A stretch of DNA of 64,000 nucleotides from an uncultured bacterium. Lineage in GTDB: Bacteria; Chloroflexota; UBA5177; JANWHV01. The notes under the pieces were generated by a model that saw only the letters and a program-made list of their open reading frames with translations, was not told the DNA's origin and made no database searches. A program made the position numbers and the translations under genes. Positions 41,448 through 49,629 of the stretch are shown here, one piece after another. Location: contig CAVSOU010000010.1 of the NCBI GenBank assembly GCA_963729625.1, positions 608,001-672,000 of the forward strand, given 5' to 3'. Positions within the stretch are counted from its first letter, which is position 1; the number at the start of each line of letters is the position of its first letter.

Positions 41448-43382
41448 ATGTCACACGTGGGCAAGAAGAGCCGATCCAGGAAAGCAGTCGAGTCAGTCGA
41501 ACGCCGTCCAGGCGACAACAGCGGTCTTGCCGGAATCATCGGCGAGCTGATTTCCAATCAGCAGTACGAAGAGGCGTATCGAGCCGCGGCGGTACTGGTC
41601 GAGCAGGATCCGCTAAACCCCGATGCGCACGCAGTGATGGGCCTGCTATTGTCTCGGACCGACCGCATCCTGGACGCACTGCGCCATTACGAGCTGGCAA
41701 TACGTCTCGGCAGAGCGACTGACCCCACGCTCTATGTGGGTGTTGCCACCAGCGCCGTGACCGCGCAGCTGATGTTCCACGCCGTGACAGCCGCGCGTCA
41801 GGGCACCCTTTTCGGAACAACGCAGCAGCATCAGGTCCTGTTTAAAGCGATCATCGACGCCGGGCAGCAGCAGTTGAGACAGTTGATCGGCACCCACGAC
41901 GTGCCGGAGCCTGTCGCGGAACAAGCCATGCTGCTTATCGAGCGCTCGGCGCGCGCCCGGCAGGAGAGCGATTTCGGGCCTGCGCAAGAGCGCGCAGTCG
42001 AGGCGACGCAGCTCGCGCCCCAGCTGCCCGTTACCTGGTATAACCTGGCGCTCGTGCACTGGACCCTTGAAGAAGTGCCCGCCGCGATCGCCGCGTGCGA
42101 AATGGGCTTGAAGACTCTGCACGACGAGAACACCGAGCTTCTTGCCGCTATCGTTCGGCTGCAGGCGTTTTCAGGGCAGGAAGAGGCCGCGCAGGCAACG
42201 CTCCAGCGTCTTGCTGCCACACCGGTGGCGGATACAGCGGGAAGGACCGACATCGCAAAGGGTTATGCCGCGCTTGACGACGACCAACGAGTCTACGACC
42301 TTCTTTCCGGCACTCCGAGCGACGAGGAGCTACCGCTGCAACTCTTCGTTCTTGGCGTGGCCGCGGCGAATCTCGGCAAGCGGGAAGAGGCGCGGTCGGC
42401 CTGGCGCAGCCTCGTTCGCGACAAACACCCGTACGCGAGAGCGTTCAGCGAGATCATGGCTCGAAACGAAAAGCCGCCGACGCCGGGCGCCCGCTTTTCC
42501 TATTTCGTGTCTACCGACCTCATGCCTGGAGTCGCACTGGACAATCTTGTTGACGCGGCACGGAGACAGGCAAATCCTGCCGGTGTAGCCGAGGTCGCCG
42601 CGCGGTACCCCAAGGTCGTGGCCGCCCTGTGTGAGGCGTTCATCATGCGGATTGTGGATCCGCGGATTGTAGTGCAGATACTGCTGCAAGTCCCGGACGC
42701 GGCTACCGTCGACGCAATACGCGGTTACGCGGGAGGCCGTCTTCCAACTGATTATGATCGTCTTTTCGCTCACATTGCTTTGCGAGGCGCCGGGCTTATC
42801 GATGCCTCGGAGCCGGCGTCTGTCTGGTTAGGTGGCAGGCGGCAGCATCTGCACGTACCTGCATTGGCCCTCGGTGCGCCGCCCGCTCGAGCGTATTCGA
42901 GCGAGGTAGGCGCGATGCTGCGCGAGGCGGGAGTGGCGCAGCACGAGAACAACTTGATCAAGGCAATTGAGCTCTATCGCCGCGTTCTGGAGGTCGACCC
43001 TGCGAACGCGGAGGCCGAGCACAACCTCGGTACAGCTTTCATGTTGTCCGGGAGGATCGACGAGGGCGAGGCCCACCTCAAACGGTCGTTGGACAACGAT
43101 GGCAATTACGCTATGGCGCGCTGCAATCTCGCGACGCTCGAGCTGAGTCGCGAGCGGGTCGCTGAGGCCAATAGCTACATGCAGCCGCTCGACGAGCGAA
43201 CACAGATGTCGCTCGAGGAGATTGTCGCCTATCTAAGAACAAAGTCTGACATCGCCCGCGCGGCGGGAGACGCTCCGCGGTCCGAGGAGTTGCTGCACTG
43301 CTTGCTCACCTTCGATCGCGACAACGCCGTTGCCCTCGGGCGACTCGGACAACGCAGCGCGGCGCCGGTTTCAAGCAAGTAG
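41448..43382 (+). CDS. Tetratricopeptide-repeat protein
   Basis: TPR-like helical repeats (DPLNPDAHAVMG, WYNLA, DPANAEAEHNLG, YAMARCNLA); SD AAGGA. Confidence 0.8.
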   Translation: MSHVGKKSRSRKAVESVERRPGDNSGLAGIIGELISNQQYEEAYRAAAVLVEQDPLNPDAHAVMGLLLSRTDRILDALRHYELAIRLGRATDPTLYVGVATSAVTAQLMFHAVTAARQGTLFGTTQQHQVLFKAIIDAGQQQLRQLIGTHDVPEPVAEQAMLLIERSARARQESDFGPAQERAVEATQLAPQLPVTWYNLALVHWTLEEVPAAIAACEMGLKTLHDENTELLAAIVRLQAFSGQEEAAQATLQRLAATPVADTAGRTDIAKGYAALDDDQRVYDLLSGTPSDEELPLQLFVLGVAAANLGKREEARSAWRSLVRDKHPYARAFSEIMARNEKPPTPGARFSYFVSTDLMPGVALDNLVDAARRQANPAGVAEVAARYPKVVAALCEAFIMRIVDPRIVVQILLQVPDAATVDAIRGYAGGRLPTDYDRLFAHIALRGAGLIDASEPASVWLGGRRQHLHVPALALGAPPARAYSSEVGAMLREAGVAQHENNLIKAIELYRRVLEVDPANAEAEHNLGTAFMLSGRIDEGEAHLKRSLDNDGNYAMARCNLATLELSRERVAEANSYMQPLDERTQMSLEEIVAYLRTKSDIARAAGDAPRSEELLHCLLTFDRDNAVALGRLGQRSAAPVSSK

Positions 43383-43656
43383 TCTCGCTCGCCGCCATTG
43401 GCAAAGCGCGCGCCCGATTTCCGGCGTCACGGGCTACTATATCGATTCAGGCACACTGCGCAGCGTTATCAAAGGATTGTACGACGACCGGCCCATTGTT
43501 GTATGCTCAAGCCTGTTCGGACGCTCATCTTGCCCTTGTACGGCTATCCTTCGTAGTGCTACGCTGCCGTGGTCGGGCAAGCTACGTGGCGCAACTCGTA
43601 TCGGCGGCGTTGAGTCGCTTTTGGGCACATCCAGCGCGGTTGAAGGAGGTCGGATC

Positions 43657-44622
43657 GTGCAACAACCGGACCACCAGGGGAGGCGCGATTCCGCGGTTGT
43701 CAACCCTGTGGTTTCTGGGCAGCATGCTCGGACCTGGACAGAAGTGCTCGCGGGTGCGCGCCGTTACATGTTGCTTCGCCCGGTGCTTTTCAGCACGCTC
43801 TTCGCCCTGCTTGTACTACACTGGGTAGCTCCTTCCGCTTTCGATCTTGGAACGCTCATTCTTCTTCTCGGCATCTATCTCGTCGCCGTGGGGTCGGGTG
43901 GCCTCGAGGCTGCCAGACTGTCGGGAAGCGGTGGCGACCGACGCCGACAGGAGCGACTGGCCGAGGACGCGTTGCGCCGCGCGGGCCGCTTGCAGAGTCA
44001 TCTCGACCCGTGTTCGGCTACGGACGACGTGATAAACCGGCTTCTTGCCTCCACAACCGACCCGCGTCGCCTTGTGATCCTGGCCGCGGATGACGTTGAA
44101 GACGCGCTTCGCGCGGTTTACAAGCACTATACGGAAGCCGAGCGGATGGCTGGGACGTCGAACGGCGTGGATCTTCCCATGATCTTCCAGGTTCAGGAGC
44201 TCATATATCGCGGACTGTTGCCGCCGGACGTCTATGAGACGGCTGAGCCGATACTTGCCTTGCGCGAAATAGCTCAGGGCCCGAGAAGTCAGATCACGCA
44301 GCAGGTCGCTCGCGACGTTGCTCGCGTCACGCAGGCGATTATCCTGAGAATTCAATCGATGGGTATCAGAATCCAGCCCGCGCGCGCGCAGCTCATGTGG
44401 CTTCGCCACGACGTCGATGAGGCCGACGACGATCCCATGCGTGACAGCCAACGTGAGCAGGAGTTGCGGGGCGCTGATATGGCCCCGCCGGATGATGCGA
44501 ATCCCGCTAACCCAGCCTACCTGGCAGCGTCCGTAGCGAAAGATAGGACGGGCCAGGACGCGGCGTGGCGCGATCCGCGATCGCGACTGGGTGCGCAGCC
44601 CACGTCGGATTCGCTGCCCTGA
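43657..44622 (+). CDS. Hypothetical protein: 2 TM helices + helical domain with degenerate HEPN-like pattern
   Basis: Strong SD AAGGAGG before GTG 43657; two hydrophobic helices; VEDALR...GLLP...LALREIAQG. Confidence 0.6.
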   Translation: MQQPDHQGRRDSAVVNPVVSGQHARTWTEVLAGARRYMLLRPVLFSTLFALLVLHWVAPSAFDLGTLILLLGIYLVAVGSGGLEAARLSGSGGDRRRQERLAEDALRRAGRLQSHLDPCSATDDVINRLLASTTDPRRLVILAADDVEDALRAVYKHYTEAERMAGTSNGVDLPMIFQVQELIYRGLLPPDVYETAEPILALREIAQGPRSQITQQVARDVARVTQAIILRIQSMGIRIQPARAQLMWLRHDVDEADDDPMRDSQREQELRGADMAPPDDANPANPAYLAASVAKDRTGQDAAWRDPRSRLGAQPTSDSLP

Positions 44623-44903
44623 TACGGTCCAGCGTGGTGAATGGCGAACCGGAACCGCGTGCGCGGAAGGGCGCTGAGGCGATCAGCTCGGCATTGCCAG
44701 CCAGGAAAGCGCGTGCCGGCTTCAGCCCGATACCAACAAGGCAGCCTGGAGCTTGCCGTATCCGATCACGTCGAGTCACTGTCTCTTGCTCGGACCACCG
44801 CCCCGGGATCGTGTGAATACGCGCCGGACAGCCACTACATACGACCAGATTGTCCGAACCATACAATAATGCTGCACGCTGCAACACGCCGATGGAGGGG
44901 AGC

Positions 44904-47552
44904 ATGACCGTGACCGCGCCAGAGATGGCCAAGCAGTACGACTTTTCCGAAGTCGAGCCGCGCCAGTACGCATTCTGGGAGCGTGGTGGATACTTCAAGC
45001 CGCGCGAAGCCTCCGGCCAGGAGCCCTTTGTGATCAGCATCCCTCCCCCGAATGTAACGGGCGAGTTGCACTTGGGTCACGCGCTCTTTGTCACGATTGA
45101 AGACATCATGATCCGTTATCACCGGATGCGCGGGGATCCAACGCTCTGGGTACCCGGTACCGACCACGCAGGCATCGCCACTCAAAAGGTGGTCGAAGAC
45201 CTGCTAGCTCGGGAGGGAACGAGCAGACACGAGCTCGGGCGCGAGGCGTTTATCGCGCGGGTCTGGCAGTGGAAGGAACAGTACGGAAGCACGATCGTAC
45301 GCCAGTTGCGCATGCTCGGTGCCTCCTGCGACTGGGATCGCGAACGCTTCACACTCGACGCCGGTCTATCGCGCGCGGTGCGCGAAGTGTTCGTTCGTTT
45401 GTGGGACGAGGAGTTGCTCTATCGCGCGGCCCGTATGATCAACTGGTGTCCGCGCTGTGCCAGCGCCGTCTCGGACCTTGAAGTTGAGCACGAGGAGCGA
45501 CCTGGCAAGCTGTACTATATCCGCTATCCGCTTGCCGATGCCGACGGAGGGTCGAGCGCGGATGGCACGATTACGGTCGCGACTACTCGCCCCGAGACGA
45601 TTCTTGGCGATACTGCCGTCGCCGTCCACCCCGACGACAAACGCTATGCACACCTCGTTGGCCGCCATCTTCTCGTGCCGGTGCTGGGTAGAGTGATCCC
45701 GCTCATAACCGACCGCGTAGTTGAGCCAGAGTTCGGCACGGGGGCTGTCAAAGTCACCCCTGCCCACGATCCGACCGACTTCGCTATCGGGCAGCGACAT
45801 AGTCTGCCGCAGATCCAGGTGATCGGGTTTGATGCGAAGATGACCACGGAGGCTGGGCCATACGCAGGACTCGATCGCTTTGCCGCGCGCGAAGCATTGC
45901 TCGCCGACCTTGAGCGGATGGGCCTTGTGGATCACGTCGAAGACCACGCGATCAATCTTGGTCTGTGCCAGAGATGCGATACGGCGATCGAGCCCCTGGT
46001 GAGCACGCAATGGTTCGTGCGCATGAAGCCGCTTGCCGGACCTGCCGCTGCCGCCGTGCGCCTTGGTCAGCTCGCCATAGTTCCTGAACGATTTGCGAAG
46101 GTATATCTGCACTGGATGGACAACATTCAAGACTGGTGCATTTCGCGACAGCTCTGGTGGGGCCATCGCATCCCTGCCTGGTACTGCGCAAGGTGCAGCG
46201 AGATTACGGTGGCGCGCGAGGATCCTAGCGTGTGCGCTCACTGTGGCTCGGCCGACATTGAGCGCGATCCCGACGTGCTGGACACGTGGTTCAGTTCATG
46301 GCTGTGGCCGTTCAGCACCCTGGGCTGGCCGGACGACACCGAGGACCTTCGCGCGTATTACGCGACGAGCGTGCTTGAAACAGGCTATGACATCCTGTTC
46401 TTCTGGGTTGCGCGCATGGTCTTTGCCGGTCAGCATTTCACCGGGGTGCTGCCATTCCATACGGTGTTTCTGCACGGTCTCGTCCGCGACAAACAGGGCC
46501 GCAAGATGAGCAAATCACTTGGCAATGTCATAGATCCGCGCGAGCTCATGGCCCAATACGGTACTGATGCGCTTCGCTTCTCCATTGCCACAGGTGGTAC
46601 ACCGGGTAACGATATCAAACTCGACCCTCAGCGCGTCGAGGACGGTCGAAACTTCGTCACGAAGGTCTGGAACGCCGCGCGTTTCGCCCTCTCCCATGAG
46701 CTCAGCCAGGCGCGTGGCGTGCAGGCGAAGCCCGCTACGCTGGCCGACCGCTGGCTGATCTCGCGCGCGAGTCGGGCAATTGAGGACGTGACACGGCTCA
46801 TCGACACGTACCAGTTCGGCGAAGCTGGGCGCCAGGCCCATGACTTCTTCCGCGGCGAATTCTGTGACTGGTATCTCGAGATCGCCAAGATCCAGTTTCT
46901 CGGAGACGAGCGAGCGAAGCAGGCGACTCGCACGATGCTCCTGGTCGGGCTGGACACAAGCTTGCGGCTTCTCCATCCATATATCCCGTTTGTCACGGAA
47001 GAAATCTGGCGGCAGATGCCCCACGAGGGCCAAGCCCTGATCGTAGCCCAGTGGCCGCGAGCGGGCGTGAGGGATGAGGAGGCTGAGCGGCTGATGGAGA
47101 CGGTCTTCGCTACCGTACACTTCGTCCGCAACGCCCGGGCGCAGCTCGGTCTTGACCCTGCCAGGCGACTGACGCTGGTAGCGGTGTCAGCGAGCCTGGC
47201 GCAGCTATTGCGGGAGCAGGAGCCGATAATTGCATCCCTGGCTCGCGTGGACCTTTCCGTGCATGATTCGGCCACCGAGATCCCCAGCCAGGCGCTGCAT
47301 CTCGCGCTCCCCGGCGCCGACCTGTACCTGCCACTCGAAGGTGTCGTCGACATCGAAGCAGAACTGAGAAAACTCATCGGGGAGATCACGCGCCTTGAGG
47401 ACGCCTGCGCCAGCCTGAGGAAGCGCCTGGCCAGCCCGCAATTCGTCGAACGCGCCCCCTCACAGGTCGTGCAAAAAGAGCGCGACCGCTTGGTGGAAAA
47501 TGAAGCATTGCTCGCCTCGCTGGTTGAGCGGCGGCACGTACTTGGTGGATAA
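44904..47552 (+). CDS. valS: Valine--tRNA ligase
   Basis: PPPNVTGELHLGH, DHAGIATQ, DWCISRQLWWGH, KMSKS, C-terminal coiled coil. Confidence 0.98.
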   Translation: MTVTAPEMAKQYDFSEVEPRQYAFWERGGYFKPREASGQEPFVISIPPPNVTGELHLGHALFVTIEDIMIRYHRMRGDPTLWVPGTDHAGIATQKVVEDLLAREGTSRHELGREAFIARVWQWKEQYGSTIVRQLRMLGASCDWDRERFTLDAGLSRAVREVFVRLWDEELLYRAARMINWCPRCASAVSDLEVEHEERPGKLYYIRYPLADADGGSSADGTITVATTRPETILGDTAVAVHPDDKRYAHLVGRHLLVPVLGRVIPLITDRVVEPEFGTGAVKVTPAHDPTDFAIGQRHSLPQIQVIGFDAKMTTEAGPYAGLDRFAAREALLADLERMGLVDHVEDHAINLGLCQRCDTAIEPLVSTQWFVRMKPLAGPAAAAVRLGQLAIVPERFAKVYLHWMDNIQDWCISRQLWWGHRIPAWYCARCSEITVAREDPSVCAHCGSADIERDPDVLDTWFSSWLWPFSTLGWPDDTEDLRAYYATSVLETGYDILFFWVARMVFAGQHFTGVLPFHTVFLHGLVRDKQGRKMSKSLGNVIDPRELMAQYGTDALRFSIATGGTPGNDIKLDPQRVEDGRNFVTKVWNAARFALSHELSQARGVQAKPATLADRWLISRASRAIEDVTRLIDTYQFGEAGRQAHDFFRGEFCDWYLEIAKIQFLGDERAKQATRTMLLVGLDTSLRLLHPYIPFVTEEIWRQMPHEGQALIVAQWPRAGVRDEEAERLMETVFATVHFVRNARAQLGLDPARRLTLVAVSASLAQLLREQEPIIASLARVDLSVHDSATEIPSQALHLALPGADLYLPLEGVVDIEAELRKLIGEITRLEDACASLRKRLASPQFVERAPSQVVQKERDRLVENEALLASLVERRHVLGG

Positions 47553-47700
47553 TGGGGGTGGGTTCTCCACGGAGAACATTGACCCGCGCATTTTCGTACC
47601 GTACGCTCAGCAATGTGCAGATCACGACTAGCCGAGTGAACGCCGACCTGCCTTGGCTTGATGATCCTCAATTGTCCCTACAGGCCGGGACTTGAGCCAG

Positions 47701-49128
47701 ATGAGACGTGAAACGATGAAAGTGAGCCGGCTTCAGCAAAATGCCGCGACGCCACAGCGTTCAAGTCGGACGCTGGCGGTTGCTCCGTTTGAGGGATTCG
47801 ATCGCTCAAACTGTTTGGCCGTCCAGCAGGAGATTATCGATGATCAGCTCGCGGGCTTCACGGAGGGCGAGCTGAAGGTCATGCTCATGGTCACAAGGGC
47901 AACGAACGGCGGCCAGCGCGAGGCAGTGCCGCTCAGCGTACGCGTCCTCTGTGAGGGGGGCGCTCCGGATTCGCTACCCGCGCGCGGCTCCGGACTCTCG
48001 CCACGCACGGTCCAGGCGGCGTGCTCGGCGCTGGAGGCGGCCGGCTTCCTGCGGGTCACTCGAAGGATTGCGCCGGACGGAAGCGGGCTTCCCTCACTCT
48101 TTACGTTGCCTCTCATTGTTCCGGGCATGCGCGACCCAAACGAACCTGCGTCGCCGAAGTTCCCCGGTTACGCTGCTGGGCGACGGGTCCGACTTCCAAT
48201 GCTTCTATTCGACCGCCTGCTGGCGGAGCTGTCCGGCGCCGAGCTCAAGGTCTTGCTCTACGTACTTCGACACACGTTTTGTGTGGGCGCGGCAGATGAA
48301 GTAATGCCGATGGCACGCCTGGTCGAAAACACTGGTCTCAGCCTGCGCCACACGCGGCTCGCGGTGTCTGCACTGACTACGCGCGGCGCGATTATGGTGC
48401 AACATCGCCAGGATCCAGACCACGGCAAGCTGGCCTCGCGCTTCGGCGTTAAGGTCATTGGCGAAGCCGCACCGTTCACCAGCGTGCCCTCTCCGGTGGC
48501 CGCCGCTCGCAGCGCGCGCGCGGACGAGCCAACTGCCGAGCAGACCCGCCCAGTCTGGCTTGTGCCCTCGATCGAGCCCCAGCCGGCTCGCCCGCCGGCG
48601 CTTGAGCCAGACTGTCCCGCGCCGGCCAAACCGGCAGCGCAAATCGTCGAGCCCGTGCCGCCGTTACAAGTCCTCGCAGCCGCGGCGGCACCACTGGATA
48701 AGCCTGTGCAAACGGAGCGCCCGACCCCCGTCGCAGCTGCGCGTTCGACAATGCCTCCAGGTTCTCCGACACCCATATTGGTCGCGGGCCAGTCTCCGAG
48801 AAGCAGTGTTCCGCCGGCTGTCCGCTCGGTTCCCGCGGCAATGACTCGTGACAACAGCCCCGTCTGGGCTGCCGTCAAACAGCTGCTGGCCGAACGGCTG
48901 CCCTACCCCGTGTTCGTCGAGCGAATCGCGCCAACTGCGAGCGTGGGCGACCAGGGACCGGAACTGCTTGTCGCCGTTCAGAATGAGCACCATCGCTGGT
49001 GGCTCGAATCCAAGCTCGGGATGCATATTCACCAGGCGATGGTCGACACGGGGCACGGAGACGTGAGCCTGCGCTACCTTAACTTCGTCGGGTCGTCCCC
49101 GAGCGAGACCACAGAGGGCCGGCACTAG
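47701..49128 (+). CDS. Replication-initiator-like protein: two Rep-O-like winged-helix repeats + Pro/Ala linker + DnaA_N-like C-terminal domain
   Basis: Duplicated F.G....D..LA....ELKV.L.V.R.T....GLS.R....A...L...G motif; C-terminal WAAVKQLLAERL...F...IAP...LLVAVQNEHHRWWLESKL. Confidence 0.6.
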   Translation: MRRETMKVSRLQQNAATPQRSSRTLAVAPFEGFDRSNCLAVQQEIIDDQLAGFTEGELKVMLMVTRATNGGQREAVPLSVRVLCEGGAPDSLPARGSGLSPRTVQAACSALEAAGFLRVTRRIAPDGSGLPSLFTLPLIVPGMRDPNEPASPKFPGYAAGRRVRLPMLLFDRLLAELSGAELKVLLYVLRHTFCVGAADEVMPMARLVENTGLSLRHTRLAVSALTTRGAIMVQHRQDPDHGKLASRFGVKVIGEAAPFTSVPSPVAAARSARADEPTAEQTRPVWLVPSIEPQPARPPALEPDCPAPAKPAAQIVEPVPPLQVLAAAAAPLDKPVQTERPTPVAAARSTMPPGSPTPILVAGQSPRSSVPPAVRSVPAAMTRDNSPVWAAVKQLLAERLPYPVFVERIAPTASVGDQGPELLVAVQNEHHRWWLESKLGMHIHQAMVDTGHGDVSLRYLNFVGSSPSETTEGRH

Positions 49129-49191
49129 CGGGAAGACTCGGCCTTACTTCTGGACATCTGTCGGAGCAGAGCAGGACCGTTTGCCGCAGCC

Positions 49192-49319
49192 ACGTAGGGC
49201 TACCTTGCGGTAGCCCTTGCCGAGCGGGGGGCAGACAAGACCCCGGAAGAACGGACCGCGTTGGAGGATGGGGGTGCGGCCCGCTCTTCCTGAGGTCATC
49301 CGTGGGGGGATGCCTACGC
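49192..49319 (-). ncRNA. Putative C-rich-loop small RNA (~128 nt)
   Basis: Three hairpins with C-rich loops plus a GCAA-tetraloop hairpin; G.U wobbles favour the minus strand; TACAGT -10 just upstream. Confidence 0.6.
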
Positions 49320-49350
49320 TCCTACTGTACTGCTGTGCGAGCCCCATATG

Positions 49351-49378
49351 GTTAAGCCGTCGTTAAGCGTTCGTTAAG
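49351..49378. promoter_or_regulatory. Three GTTAAG direct repeats at 11-bp period (OmpR/PhoB-type box)
   Basis: GTTAAG at 49351, 49362 and 49373. Confidence 0.6.
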
Positions 49379-49449
49379 ATGCTGCTACACAGGCGTCCTT
49401 GGTTCCCAAGTGCGTGTGCTCGGGGCTCGGTGCCGGGCTCTGCCGAGTC

Positions 49450-49478
49450 TTGGGAGTAGCCCATCGAGCCGGTACAAT
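49450..49478 (+). promoter_or_regulatory. Putative murJ promoter
   Basis: TTGGGA-N17-TACAAT. Confidence 0.4.
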
Positions 49479-49629
49479 ACAGGACGCGACACGGCCGCGG
49501 CGCGCTGCATGACGAACACTGGGCACAGACGTGTTGTGACCCTGGTGAAAACCTCTATCGCGAAGTTGCGGCCGACGGTCGGATTTCCGCACTGGCGTCC
49601 CAGTGTGCACGCAAGCTTGACGGAGGCGA

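Noticed and set aside
44622-44904. T-box upstream of valS (also checked upstream of aspS)
   Set aside because: No GGUGGNACC motif or terminator found.
49144-49347. 67-aa minus-strand ORF
   Set aside because: No SD, starts upstream of the predicted -10, and the region is better explained as structured RNA.
49393-49487. Alternative-fold, riboswitch-like pairing upstream of murJ
   Set aside because: It overlaps a plausible murJ promoter (TTGGGA-N17-TACAAT), so is probably not transcribed; no aptamer motif recognised.
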